A stretch of 64,000 nt of DNA from Blastocladiella emersonii ATCC 22665 (taxonomy: Eukaryota; Fungi; Blastocladiomycota), in the NCBI GenBank assembly GCA_025594325.1, contig JANHCV010000010.1, positions 1 to 64,000 of the forward strand, given 5' to 3'. Within the stretch, counting starts at the first letter, position 1; each line of letters begins with the position of its first letter. Below the pieces are notes generated by a model that was not told the DNA's origin, ran no database searches, and saw nothing but the letters and a program-made list of their open reading frames with translations. Shown one piece after another: positions 22,352 to 36,968 of the stretch. Both the position numbers and the translations under genes were made by a program.

Positions 22352-25300
22352 ATGTCCGCCTCCACTCGATCGAAAGGATCCGCAAAGTCCGCCAGCGTCA
22401 AGCTCGCCGCCTCGCCCTTCGCCGACCTGCACGCCAAGTACCGCGCCTCGGTCGAGCAGCTCGCCGCCATCTTCCCCGACTGGACCGCCGACGACCTCGT
22501 CCTGACCCTCGACGAGGCCCACGGCGACGCCGAGCTCGCCACCACCCGCATCCTCGAGGGCCACGCCGCCCAGTGGAGCGCCGCAAAGTCGCTGTCCAAG
22601 AAGAAGGCCGACAAGAAGCCAAAAGACGCTGCCCCCGTCTCCCCGGCACCCGCATCCGCGTCGCCCTTCCCCGGCGCCGCCTCCGACGCCGCTGCTGCCG
22701 CCTCGGCCGCGCCCTCCTCCTCGCCCTTCTCCGGACCCCGCTCGGGCGCCGCCAACGCGTCCGCGACCGGCCGAGGTCGCGCCCAGCGCGGTGGCGATGC
22801 TCGCGGTCCCCGCGACTCGAACGTGAGCCAGAACCAGAACCAGCGCGACCGCGAACCGCGCGGCAGACCCCGTGGCGGTGACCGTCGCGACGGCGCGAGA
22901 CAGCCCAACACCAACAACCAGCAGCAGCAGCAACAGCGCGGCGGTCGCGGCGACCACCACGACCACCACCCGCGTAACGCGCGCGGCGGCAACACCACCA
23001 GCAGCAACAAGGGCCCCGCCGACGTCAACTGGCACGATGTCACCCCCGTCGCCGCCGTGTCCTCGGCTGCGCACACCACCCCCGCCGCCAACAACTGGGC
23101 CTCGATCGCCCGCTCCTCGGCCGCCCCTGCCCCTGCCCCTGTCGCTGCTGCCGCCAGCAAGCCCGCCGCCGCTGCGGCGCCCTCCCCCGCTCCCGCGCCC
23201 GCAGAAGCCGATGTGGACCCGTGGGCCGCCGATGCCGAGACGGGCGCCGGCGCGGACGCTGATGCGGACCCGTGGGCCACGGCGGATGCCGACGCTGACG
23301 CCGAGGTGCTCGCCGTCACCGCCGCCGCCGCGTCGCCCGTTGCGCGAAACCGCAGCCCGTCGCCCGCCCACCGCTCGCCCTCCCCCGCCAAGTCGGCTTC
23401 CCCTACCGCCGCCGCGGCTGCCTCCCCCGCGTCGCGTGCCGCGCCCGCCGCCGCTACTCGTGGTACCCCCAAGCTCGGCTGGAACGGCATCTCGTCCGCT
23501 GCCGCCCCCTCGGCTGCCGCTCCCGCTGCGGCTGCCGCCAAGCCCAAGTCGACGTGGGCCCAGATCGCACGCCCCGTCGTGGCCGCCCCTCCCGCCCCCG
23601 TCGCCCCCGCCAAGAAGGCTGCCCCGGCCGCCAAGCCCGCTGCCGAGCGCGCCGCCTCGCCCGCTCGCTCCGCGTCCCCCACCAAGTCGTCGTCACGCAG
23701 CCAGTCGCCTGCGCGCACCGCCGCTGCTGCTCCCGCCGCCGACGCGTCGCGCGGCCGCTCGCCGTCGCCCAAGCCCCTCGCTGCCGTCATCCCCGAGCCG
23801 ACGCGCATCCCGAGCCCGACCCGCTCGCTGTCGCCCTCGCGCAAGTCGCCCTCCCCCGTCCCGACCCCGTCGTCGCCCACGGCCGCCTCGTCCAAGCCGC
23901 AGTCGCCCCGCCCGCGCTCCCCGTCGCCGCCCCCGCGCGCCGCCTCGCCCGTCGTCACCAAGCAGGCTGCCGCCAAGCCGGCCGCCGCCGTCGTCCTCCC
24001 CGCCCACGTCCCGATCCCGACCCTCGGCGTCACCTTTGGCCAGTTCAACATTGACGACGATGAGGAGGAGGAGGCCGCCGAGCCCATCGAGACCAAGAAG
24101 GCCCCCGCTCCCGCGACCATCCCGTCGCCCAAGGCCCGCGCCGCCTCGCCCGTCAAGCGCGCCCCGTCCCCGGCCAAGCCCGCCGCGCGTCCCGCGTCGC
24201 CGCCCAAGCCCGCCGCTGCTGCCGTCGAGGAGGCCAAGCCGGCCGCCGCCCCCGTTGCCGCTGCTGCTCCGGCCGTCGTCGCCACCACCCCCACCACCAC
24301 CATGAACCCCGCGACCGCGACCCCGTTCACGTCCATGCACCACCAGCACCACCTCCAGCAGGCGGCCCAGCCCGCCCAGCAGATGATGCAGGGTTTCCAG
24401 CAGTACGGCTACGGCCAGCAGGCCCAGCAGTCTCAGGCGCAGCAGTCCATGGGCATCGACCTCGCGACGAACGCCTACTACTCGGCCGCCGCTGCTGCCG
24501 CGGGCACCAACCCGGGCGCCGGCTACGGCTTCGGCATGATGGGCATGAACATGGGCATGGGTATGGGCATGGGTATGGGTCTCGGCGGTCCCGCCGACCT
24601 CTACGGCTACGGCATGCACTCGCACGCTGCCGCTGCTGGTGCCGCCGCGGCCGGTGCCGACCGCAACCTCATGGGCGCCTACTACGACCCCAAGGCCGCT
24701 GGTGCTGACGCTTCCGGTGCCGGCGCGCAGGGCGCCAACGCCACGTCGCAGCCGCAGCAGCCCGGTGCCGCCGCCGGTGCGCAGCAGCCGTCGCAGGTCC
24801 AGCAGCAGCAGGCTGCGGCCGCGGCTGCCGCTGCTGCTGCCGCCGCCGCCGCGGCCCAGCAGGGCTACATGCAGCACGGCTACCCCAGCTACGGCTACCC
24901 GTACCCGTACATGATGCAGTCGTTCCACCAGCCGCAGCACTACCAGCACGCCGCCGCGCACTCGCCCGCCAACGCGTACCAGCAGTACATGAAGCCCGGC
25001 GCCGCCGCCGGCATGATGATGTACGGTCCCGGCGCCGCCGCGGTCCCGCAGACGGCCGCGCAGGGTGCGGCCGGTGCTGGCGCTTCGGCCTCGGGTGCCG
25101 CGGGTGCCGCTGCCGGCGGCGCGGGCAAGCCCGGGTCCGGATCCGGCGCGTCGGCGGGCGGGTACTACGACGACTCGCAGCAGCAGGCGCAGCAGGCCCA
25201 GGGCGGGTACATGTCGCAGCAGCAGCCCCAGCAGCAGCAGTACGGCTACGGTGCGTACGGCCAGCAGTGGCCGCAGCAGCCCCAGCAGACGCAGCAGCAG

Positions 25301-25477
25301 CAGGGCGGCTCCCAGGCCGCCGCGCAGGGCCAGGGCCAGCAGCAGCAGGCCAATAAGGGCGCCTACTACAGCAGCACCGGCTACCAGGCCGCTGGTGCTC
25401 AGGGCGCGGGCCAGTCCCAGCAGCAGCAGTACGGCTACGGCCGCCAGCAGTACGGCGGGTGGAGCCACGGCAACTGA
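22352..25477 (+). CDS. DEF1: DEF1-like RNA polymerase II degradation factor (N-terminal CUE-like domain, Q/G/Y-rich low-complexity tail)
   Basis: N-terminus KYRASVEQLAAIFPDWTADDLVLTLDEAHGD...RILEGHAAQW fits the fungal Def1 CUE-like pattern, followed by P/A/S-rich and Q-rich regions. Single 1041-aa ORF. Confidence 0.75.
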   Translation: MSASTRSKGSAKSASVKLAASPFADLHAKYRASVEQLAAIFPDWTADDLVLTLDEAHGDAELATTRILEGHAAQWSAAKSLSKKKADKKPKDAAPVSPAPASASPFPGAASDAAAAASAAPSSSPFSGPRSGAANASATGRGRAQRGGDARGPRDSNVSQNQNQRDREPRGRPRGGDRRDGARQPNTNNQQQQQQRGGRGDHHDHHPRNARGGNTTSSNKGPADVNWHDVTPVAAVSSAAHTTPAANNWASIARSSAAPAPAPVAAAASKPAAAAAPSPAPAPAEADVDPWAADAETGAGADADADPWATADADADAEVLAVTAAAASPVARNRSPSPAHRSPSPAKSASPTAAAAASPASRAAPAAATRGTPKLGWNGISSAAAPSAAAPAAAAAKPKSTWAQIARPVVAAPPAPVAPAKKAAPAAKPAAERAASPARSASPTKSSSRSQSPARTAAAAPAADASRGRSPSPKPLAAVIPEPTRIPSPTRSLSPSRKSPSPVPTPSSPTAASSKPQSPRPRSPSPPPRAASPVVTKQAAAKPAAAVVLPAHVPIPTLGVTFGQFNIDDDEEEEAAEPIETKKAPAPATIPSPKARAASPVKRAPSPAKPAARPASPPKPAAAAVEEAKPAAAPVAAAAPAVVATTPTTTMNPATATPFTSMHHQHHLQQAAQPAQQMMQGFQQYGYGQQAQQSQAQQSMGIDLATNAYYSAAAAAAGTNPGAGYGFGMMGMNMGMGMGMGMGLGGPADLYGYGMHSHAAAAGAAAAGADRNLMGAYYDPKAAGADASGAGAQGANATSQPQQPGAAAGAQQPSQVQQQQAAAAAAAAAAAAAAAQQGYMQHGYPSYGYPYPYMMQSFHQPQHYQHAAAHSPANAYQQYMKPGAAAGMMMYGPGAAAVPQTAAQGAAGAGASASGAAGAAAGGAGKPGSGSGASAGGYYDDSQQQAQQAQGGYMSQQQPQQQQYGYGAYGQQWPQQPQQTQQQQGGSQAAAQGQGQQQQANKGAYYSSTGYQAAGAQGAGQSQQQQYGYGRQQYGGWSHGN

Positions 25478-25643
25478 GCTCGCTTCTCGTGTCGCGCTAG
25501 TATCATCTTCCCCTTTCCCTCCCTTTTGTGCATCGCGAGACGACCACGTCTCGACTCTTGGCAGTTTTCTCTCCCTCATACATATGATTTAATTTTGGCT
25601 CCGCGAACATGGCTCCCTTACACTCGAGAGCAGGATTCTCGCG

Positions 25644-26472
25644 ATGAAGGCCTTGGTCGACTTGTTCGTGCGCCGTGACGACGAACGCGACCACGCGGCC
25701 ACGGCCATGGCCATGGTCATCGACCCGTCGTCGCTCACCCTGTCGCAGATCCGCAACCTCAAGCGGCGCCTGGTCGACGTCGGCATGGCTCACGTACGTT
25801 ACGTTGTTTCCTGTTCGCCCGCCCGCCGAGACGGCCGTCACTCACTGCGCGCACAAACTTGTATCCAGGACCTGGAGATCTCGAGCCTGGCCAAGTCGTT
25901 TGTGTACTTTGAGAAGCTGGTCCTCAAGCGGACCGCGGTCAAGGCAAACCGACGCCTGGTCGGGTGCATCTGCCTGCTGCTGGCGACCAAGGTCAACGAG
26001 CCCAAGGGGTTCAAGTTCGGCCCGCTGCTCGAGTCGCTGTCCAAGACGCTCGGGGTTGCGGTCAAGGACATTCGCGAGCACGAGTTCAACGTGTTTGCGC
26101 AGCTCGAGTTCAACCTGTACCTGCCGCTGCACGAGTTCATTCCGCACTTTGAGCGCATCTTCATGGCCATGGGTACGTGGGCCGCGCTCTCCTTGATTTG
26201 TGACGGCGACTGACTGTTTGACCGCGATCGCCGTCAACGTAGACTTCAACAGCCTCCAAGAGTACCTCGGCGACTCGCAGTTCTTTCTCGCGCGCGACCG
26301 CGACGACGAGCGCGACCACGGTGGCCACGGCCACGGCCACGGCGGCCACGAGCTCGATCACTACGATGATCACGATCACGATGGCCACGGCCACCACGCG
26401 CACCTCGAGCTGCAGGTACAGCAGCAGCAGCAGCAGCAGTCGGGCATGGCGGCCAGTAGCGACGGTTCCTGA
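25644..26472 (+). pseudogene. 5'-truncated duplicate of the CABLES-like gene (cyclin-box C-terminus only)
   Basis: Same last exons and introns as 37876-38619(-). An in-frame ATG at 25644 lies in non-duplicated sequence. Confidence 0.8.
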
Positions 26473-27379
26473 CATGACCCTGGCCAATACACCAGCTTTC
26501 CCCCCTGCTTCGTGACCGTGTCGCTGTATCGGTGACGGAGGGAGAGCGCTTCTTTTTTGTACAGCAAACAACGAACGAGAAGGACGGATTGAGTGAGCCG
26601 GCCGCGTTGAGCGTGTCTGTGCCGCGACGTCCTCGAGCAACGTGAACGGAACGCGGAAACAATCAAATACACTCTTTACCATCGTCACTGACGAGCTGGC
26701 GAGTGAGCAATCGACTCGGTGAGGGGGCAGCGCGCACAAGGTGGGCGAGATCACGGGCAGCATCATCATCATCAAAGTAGCAACGTAGGGTTCCGTGAAC
26801 CACGTAGAGCGAAGAATCTTCTCCCTTTCTATACCAGCAGATGGTGGTGGACGCCCATCCGACGGCTCAAACTCGGGAGTGAACAACAACAACAACAACA
26901 AGTTGCGACGAGCGACGACATGCATCGAGAGAAAAGGACAGCGGACAGAAAGCAGCAACGTAGAACGACGAACAGCGAGGTCAGAAAGAGGCGGCTTCAC
27001 GTCCGCATGTGCCCCAGAGAGGACGATAGTCAGAACAGGTCTGTGAATAGCCAATCATCAATCCGCGCTTCGTTCGTTCTGTGAAGGAGGGAGGGGAGGG
27101 GGTGGAGGGAAAAGAGTAGCAACGGTGGTAGGTTCGCCGTGAGCAGCAGCGCCGAGGACCGAGGCCGAGGTCTGTGAAGCAGTCCAGCCAGGCATCGACC
27201 GACCCGCAACGGTGATCGTGGAAGCGGACGTGAGCGAGGCTGAGGAGGGCGGCTGGCGTGGCCGGTAGCCGGTGGTCGGTGGTCGAGGCAGCGTGGTCGA
27301 GGCCCCCGAGGACAGATGGATGGCGGACGATCGCTGGGGGTGGATTTCCGTTGGTGAGGGGGAGCGGATCGCAGGTCGT
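25729..27379 (+). repeat. Left arm of a 1651-bp inverted duplication
   Basis: Mirror ORFs have identical translations and coordinates that always sum to 64348 (for example 26161..27054 and 37294..38187). Both breakpoints were located by direct reading. Confidence 0.95.
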
Positions 27380-27834
27380 CCTTGCCCAACTTCGTTTGGC
27401 AGAGGTTGCTTGAGCGGGTGCAAGGCAGATGCAGGAGGAGGCGCGTCAAGGACTAGCGTGCCGAGAAGCACACACCGGCGGAGCGGCGTCGGCCTTACAT
27501 GCCTGCCGGCCTTACATGTCGCGATGCCCCCACACCCGGGATAGCGCGCAACGAGCTTCTCGCGACGCATGCGCTCGCTCAAGTGGTCGAGGACGAGTGC
27601 TCGAGCGATTGCATGGAGTGTGTGACACACGTTACATCGGGCCGAGATACATTGCATTCGAGGAGCACAAAGCGTTGGATAGGGGCGCGTCAACGAAGGC
27701 TCAGACGAAGGCTGACTCCGAGTGCAGCTCCGAGTGCCTAGCAACGCCTCAGGTGACTGGCTGCGCCACACTCAACGCGACGAGCGAACAAGAAGCTATG
27801 ATGTATGAGTGTAGGATAGGATGTACAGGGTCGG

Positions 27835-28495
27835 TTAGGCGAACTTGACGGTGAGCTTGCCGTCGGCGAGGTCAAAGAGAAGCTAGGGAGCGCGATCGAG
27901 TGAGCAAAGTGGGCAGAGGGCGGCCCGAGAGCGGAGAAGCGGATCAGCGTACGTTCTCCTTGAGGAGGGATTTGACTTCCCGCTTGGTCATGGCGGGGTT
28001 GGCCTTGCGCACCGACTTGGCGACCTTGGAGAGGACCTTGTCGAAGGGCTCGGCCTTGAAGGAGCCGGCGGCGGCGAGGGCGGCCTTGACGAGCTCGGCG
28101 GGAGACTTGGTGGCGGGGGCCTCGTCCTCGTCGCTGCTGCTGTCCGAGGAGGAGGAGGAGCTGTCGGAGCTGCTGGACGCAGCAGCGGGGGCGGGGGCGG
28201 AAGCGGCCTTGGGGGCCGGGACGGGCGCGGCGGGCTTCGGGGCCTGCTGCTGCTGCTGGGCGCGGCCGCCGTGCTGCTGGTTCTGGTTGCCCTGGCCCTT
28301 CTTGGGCTTGTAGAGCGAGCCGTGGCACTTCTGCTCCTCGGTGATGCACGAGGTGTGCTGCTTGTAGGACAAGCCGGTGAAGGTCTTGTAGCAGTCGACG
28401 CACGAGAGCGAGGGGGGCGAGCAGCGGCGGACGTGCATGTCGGCCTTGGGCTTCTTGATCGTGTCCTGGCAGTGGTCGCAGATGAAGGAAACCAT
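27835..28495 (-). CDS. LYAR: LYAR-type C2HC zinc-finger nucleolar protein, 2 exons
   Basis: MVSFICDHCQDTIKKPK...CS...CVDC...F...Y..HTSCITEEQK. Intron 27883-27952 gives the ending KENLLFDLADGKLTVKFA*. Confidence 0.88.
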
Positions 28496-29359
28496 GGTGA
28501 GATTCGTTGCAATTGGTGGTGTGGATGCGGCAAGCCGGGAGAGAGAGAGAGCGAGTCGAGGCGGGTCAAGGGGGACGGTGCCGGTCGCTGAGGCTGAGCC
28601 GGGGATCGGCACGGCTCACGTGGGCATGTCGAACGCGAGATGCTCGGCCCGCGACACGCCGACGTCGGCGGCAAGCGAGCGTGAGCGAGCAGCACGGGTG
28701 ACCATAGGTTGCGATAGGTCGACGAGACTAGGGGTCGCGGCGGGCGGTCCGAGGCCACGCTTCGCCCCAGGTTCGGGGCGCGGTCAACACTGCCTCCCGC
28801 GGCGTTCCGTGGGCGGCGCGTGGCCGATCCGTCGGGAGAGCGTGTCCAAGCAGGGCCTGCGAGACACGCGTCCGAGTCCACGGCGCGGAGGCCTCCAAGG
28901 GTGTGCCCCGCGGCGCGCGAAGCAGGGCGGGCGACGGTGCGGGAGACGCGGCCACGGGCACGACGGGGCGCGCCGCTTGTTTCCGTCTGGCGGCGCGGTC
29001 GGGCGCGTTCCCACGCGTCGGCGCGGCGTGTCTCGCACGTCACGTCGCGTCGCGTCGCGTCATGGCCCGTCTCGGCTGCCTGGCAGGCTGCCTGGCCCGC
29101 CCCTGGCCCGCCCGCTATTTTCTGTGCGGGCACGCGCCGGCGCAGGCGCGGTGGTTATTCAGCGGCGCGGCGGGTCGGTGCGGCCGCCGCGCGGGATCGC
29201 CTCTCTCTCCCCCGCGCACCCGGCCTCGAGCAGCACCTCATCCGCTGGCCGGCCGTCCCTCTCCCCTCCCCCCTCACCCTGCATTGCACACCCCGCCCGC
29301 CTGCGATCCCGCCGCGGCCCCCTCTTGCTTGCACACCACTCCCTGCACAACCGCCCACC

Positions 29360-30302
29360 ATGTCCGCCGAGAACAAGCCCGCCACCCTCGCCACGGGCGC
29401 CGCCGCCGGCACCAAGGAGCCCATCGACCGCTCAAAGTCGCCCGACTACCTCGCCCTCGAGGGTACGCTGCCCTGCGCCGCCGCGCCGTCGCGTCGCCCG
29501 CTCACGCGCGCCCCGCCCCCGCGCCCGTCCCCGTAGCGCCCAAGGTGACGCGGTCCGTGTCGCCGACCAGCTACGAGAACCGCGTCGAGCGCATCGCCAA
29601 CAACGTGCACGACATCCTCGGCGCCCTCGGCGAGGACCCGACCCGCGAGGGCCTGCAGAAGACGCCCGCCCGCTACGCCAAGGCTCTCGCCTTCTTCACC
29701 AAGGGCTACGAGGAGAACCTGCGCGGTACGCTCTCGTCGCTGCCGTGTCGGCTTGTCGCCGTGTCCGCGCGCACGCTGACGCCCCCGCCCCCCGCCCGCC
29801 CGTGTAGACCTCGTCAACGACGCCGTCTTCTCCGAGGACCACAACGAGATGGTCATTGTGCGCGACATTGACGTCTTCTCGCTGTGCGAGCACCACCTCG
29901 TCCCCTTCTACGGCAAGGTACGCGTCATCTCCCGCTCGCCTCCTCGCCCGCCCTCCCGGACACGACCACTCACGATCGCGTCCCTGATCCCGACAGATCC
30001 ACATCGGCTACATCCCCAACAAGCGCGTCCTCGGCCTCTCCAAGCTCGCCCGCATCGCCGAGATGTTCAGCCGCCGCCTGCAGGTCCAGGAGCGCCTGAC
30101 GCGCCAGGTCGCGCACGCCATCGACGAGATCCTCAAGCCCCAGGGCGTCGCCGTCGTCATGGAGGCCTCGCACATGTGCATGGTCATGCGCGGCGTCCAG
30201 AAGCCCGGCTCCTCGACCGTCACCTCGTCCATGCTCGGCGTCTTCGAGACCCAGCACAAGACGCGCGAGGAGTTCCTCACCCTGCTCCGCCACAACCGGT
30301 AA
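29360..30302 (+). CDS. FOL2: GTP cyclohydrolase I, 4 exons
   Basis: [79 protein letters not shown]. Three GTACG...AG introns, the first at 29463-29536. Confidence 0.97.
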
Positions 30303-30496
30303 GCGCCCCCGCACCGACCTGCCGCACGGACGTGGCATTTTGCGTCTCGGTGCTCGCGTGCGGCGCGGTCGTCGTAGTGGCTCTCGCTCGTTCTCGACTC
30401 TTCTTGCTCCCCTCCCCCCTCCCTTCTCCCTGTTTGTCTCCATTGAACTATACCAACTGTGTTGATGCCTAAACGATCTATATCGCCTTGCCTCGG

Positions 30497-31554
30497 TCAC
30501 CGCACCGCCAGTCCTTGCTCGTCGAGAAAGGCGCCAAACTCATCAACGGGCCGCAACCGCGCCGCGATGGCCGGCAGCGTCCACTGGTCGCGCGGTAGCG
30601 CGTTGGCCTCGGACCACTCGCCCTGCCGCGTGCGCCGCAGCGCCACGACGTGAGCGCGCGTGTCCATGGCCACGGCCACGTCGTGTACAATAGACCGCAC
30701 GTAGGTGCCCTTGCTGCACACGAGGCGCAGCGAAAAGCTCGGCGGAAGGCCCGGGATCCGCTCGCCCGCCCCGACCCACTCGGTCAGCTCGAGGTCGTGG
30801 ATCGTAACGGGCCGCGGCTCGAGCGCGGGCGCCGGCTGCCCCGCCCGCGCGTACTCGTACATGGGCCGCCCGCCGCGCTTGACGGCGCTGTACAGCGGCG
30901 GCGTCTGCAGAATGTCGCCGCGGAACTGGTCGAGCGTGTTTAGGAGCAGGTCCCGCGTGACGTGGGCCGTCGGCGCCGTCTCGGTCACCACGCCCTCGCA
31001 GTCGAGCGTGTCGGTCGCCGACCCGAGCTCGCCCGTCACCGTGTACTCCTTGGTGCACCCGAGGTACCTGCTCAGCGCCTTGGTGCCGTGGCCGAGCGCA
31101 ATGACCAGCACGCCCGTAGCGTTCGGGTCCTAGACGGATCAGCGCGCTCGCTGGGTGAGCTGCGGTGTTCCCGGCGCAGATTGAGGGGGACACGGATCAT
31201 CAGCAGAGACGACGCACCAGCGTGCCGCCGTGGCCGACCTTGAGCCGAAAGCCGAGCTTCTTGCGCTCGAGGCGGAGCTCCTCGAGGACGGCCTTGTCCG
31301 TGATGCCAAACTCGCGCTGCACCGTCGACAGCGGGTCCAGCTCGTACTTGAGCACGTTGAGGTAGTTGTTGCTCGAGTGGCCCAGCGGCTTGTCTATGGC
31401 AAAGACGCTGATGGGCGGGCGGACGATCGAGGGAGGGTATCGTGAGCCTCGTTCGGCAGCGGGATCGGCCGCCAGAAGCTTACCCGTTCATCTTGCGCAT
31501 CAGGTCCGTGAACCCGCGCATGGCGCGCCTGATTTCATGTATACTAGGTGGCAT
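30497..31554 (-). CDS. PUS4: TruB-family tRNA pseudouridine(55) synthase, 3 exons
   Basis: After splicing: GVFAIDKPLGHSS, KVGHGGTL|DPNATGVLV (catalytic Asp motif), KEY, GSATDTLD, TPPLYSAVK, CSKGTYVRSIVHD, LRRTRQG. Confidence 0.93.
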
Positions 31555-32105
31555 GGAGTGTGATATCTGGCGGTCTACCGGCGTTGTTGACGGCGGGAGC
31601 GAAGTCGCGGCGATCGCGGAAGCAGCGGCTGAGCAGGCGGCTGAGCCACGCTGTCTCCGTCCGTGTCTCGCGACCTGCCTGTGCGTCCCACGTGCCCTTG
31701 GCCAGCGCGCCGAGGCCTCGCCATGCCCACGCAGGGTCGGACGGGCCGCGGGCAACAAGCGCGAGCCCGAGAGGAACAACCACGGCGCGGTGATGCGACG
31801 CGCTCTCGGGTCCGAACGGCAAACAAGGACACGGCGCGCAACAAGAAAGACGCGTCGCGGCGGCGGACGCGTCGTGGTTCCCGCGGACGTCCTCCCCGCC
31901 CTCGAGCGCGCGCACACACACAAGTGCCCCGCACGCTCCCTCCGCGTCCCTGCCGCTTACTACCGCGTAGGGCAAGTAGATCTGCCTTCCTCGCGCCCGC
32001 TCTCCCTTCGACTCTGCCCGGACGGGACGCGTAGACGCTACTCCTCCCCCACGCACTGCACTTCGATACACGTCGAGCTTAACCGCCGATAAAGGAAACT
32101 GGACC

Positions 32106-34099
32106 ATGGATCGAACCGCATCTGCTGCCACATGTATCTCGCCCCGCGCCCGCTGCGGGACTCGTCGTCGGCCGTGGCTCGTCGCCGCCGCCATTGTGCT
32201 CGGCCTCGCACTCGTCGCAGCGGCACCCGTTGCTGCTGCACCGGTCGGGATCGCCGTCATCGGCAAGCCGGTCGTTGCCTCGCTCGCGTCGCCCTCGCCC
32301 TCAACCACCACGAGCGCTACTGGGGCTGACACTGCGACGGCCACGACGACGGCTACTGGCGTGACGACGCTCGCCGCTTTGACGGCGCTCGCCGCCGCGT
32401 CGGAATCGATCGCGCTGCCGACGGATGCGCCTGCCCCCGCCGTCGACGAGCCCTCGATGATCGTCTCGACTCTGGCCACAACCAGCAGCACGGCCAGCGC
32501 GTCGCCCAGCCCGAGCTCGAGCCCGGCCCCGCTGCCCATGCCGCCCGTCGCGCCGCCGCCCGAGGTCGAGAACACGTACATCATTGTGCTCAAGACGTCG
32601 GCCGTCGCCTCGGCCTCGTTCGACGCCTCGGTCGCGAGCCTCGCCACCCAGATCGTGCGCGCCAACGGCGGCGCCGCGGCCACGCTCCCGTCGAGCTCGA
32701 TTGCGCGCCTCGTTGCGGCAGCCGACGCGTCCGCCGAGGAGCCTTCGGCGGCGGCTGCGTCCGCGGCACCAGCTGCTGTCGCCGGGATCGCCTCGGTCGC
32801 CGCCGTCGGTGCGGGTCCCAAGATCAGCGTCGCTCCAGTTGGCGCCAAGGCGCTCCAGGACAGCAGCGGCGCGCTCGCCAACACGGTGGTCCACAGCTAC
32901 GACGATCTCGGCTCGGTCGCCGCCCGTATGACCCCTGAGACCGCCGCCAGGATCGCCAAGCGCGCCGACGTCGAGGCCGTGGTCCGCGACGGGCCGGTTC
33001 GCATCGCGGGGAAGATTGTTCGCCAGACCGCGGCGCCGGGATGGGGTACGCTTTCGTGCACGCTTGGAGCCGCACACAGCGGGCGAATCTGACTGACACA
33101 CACCCTCGCGATGCATAGCCCTGGCGCGCATCTCGCAGCGCGAGTTCAACACGTCCGAGGCCGACTACAAGTACGACTCGAGCGCGGGCGACGGCGTCAC
33201 CGTGTGGGTCGTCGACACGGGCCTGAACGTCACGGACCCCGAGTTCCAGGGCCGCGCCATCACGGGCCGCACCTTCTGCTCGTCGTGCACGTCGCCGCTC
33301 GACAAGCACGGCCACGGCACCGCGGTCGCCGGCATCGTCGGCTCCAAGACGTACGGCACGGCCAAGAAGGCCCGTCTCGTGGCGGTCAAAGCGCTCAACG
33401 ATGCGGGCGTCGGGCAGTGGTCGGACGTGATCGCCGCGCTGCAGTGGATCCGCGCCAACATCAACAGCCCGAGGTACCGCAGTAAGCGCGGCCACGTCGT
33501 CAACCTGTCGATTGAGGGACCCATCAACGCGCTCGTCAACCGCATGCTCGTCAAGCTAGTCCAGGCCGGCGTCACGGTCGTGGTCGCTGCCGGTACGCGC
33601 CCTCGCTTCTTTCACTCGCTCGCTCGGACCTGGCCCCTGACGCTGTATCTGCGAAACGATAGGAAACTCGGCCGTGGACGCGTGCACAACGTCGCCCGCG
33701 TCAGCCACCGCCATGTCGAACGGGATCATCGTGGTCGGCGCGTCCGACTCGCTCGACATGGCCGCGTCATGGGCCAACTTTGGTACGTGCCTCGACATCT
33801 ACGCGCCCGGCTCCGAGGTCGCGTCGCTCGGCGGCGACTCCATGTCTGGGACCTCGTTCGCTTCGCCTTACGTACGGCCGTTGTGCTCCGACTCGCTGGC
33901 CACGACCGTGACTGACCCGCCACTCTCGCGTGCGCCCGCCTAGGTCGCGGGTACGCTTGCCCTGTACCTGTCCACGAGCAACCGCGTCACGTCGCGTAAC
34001 CTCAAGTCGTACGCCATCAAGCAGGCGACGCCCGACGTGATCATGGGCGACCTGCAGGAGTCGCCGAGCCTGCTCGTCTACAACTCGCTGACGGGCTGA
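32106..34099 (+). CDS. Secreted subtilisin-like (S8, proteinase K type) serine protease with an I9-like prodomain
   Basis: Hydrophobic N-terminal signal segment. Catalytic triad motifs VVDTG, HGHGT, SGTSFASP. Also VVNLS and VVAAG. Three apparent introns. Confidence 0.9.
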
Positions 34100-34240
34100 T
34101 CCAACCACCGACCACCGACCACTCCACTCCACTCCGCTCCCACAGACAGACAACAGTATTGCAATCGCACATCTCATCTCATCCTCACTGATCCCAATAT
34201 ATATACCACGCTCACTCGCCCGCCACAACTGCAACTGCTG

Positions 34241-36845
<2,605 letters not shown>

Positions 36846-36968
36846 TCACATGTCCAACATCAACACAACCCGGCCCTCTCCGCCTCCCCTCGCCTCCTCA
36901 AAGTCGGACGGCGGATTGGCCCAGAAGATGCACACCAACCTTTCACATCAGCAACGATGACAACAACA

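Noticed and set aside
25729-27379. Inverted arms as transposon TIRs
   Set aside because: The arms consist of CABLES exons, introns and 3' flank. There is no transposase in the spacer and no TSD was seen.
18583-30302. Possible biosynthetic cluster linking the methyltransferase-ligase with GTP cyclohydrolase I
   Set aside because: The genes are about 8 kb apart, separated by unrelated housekeeping genes, and FOL2 looks like an ordinary orthologue.
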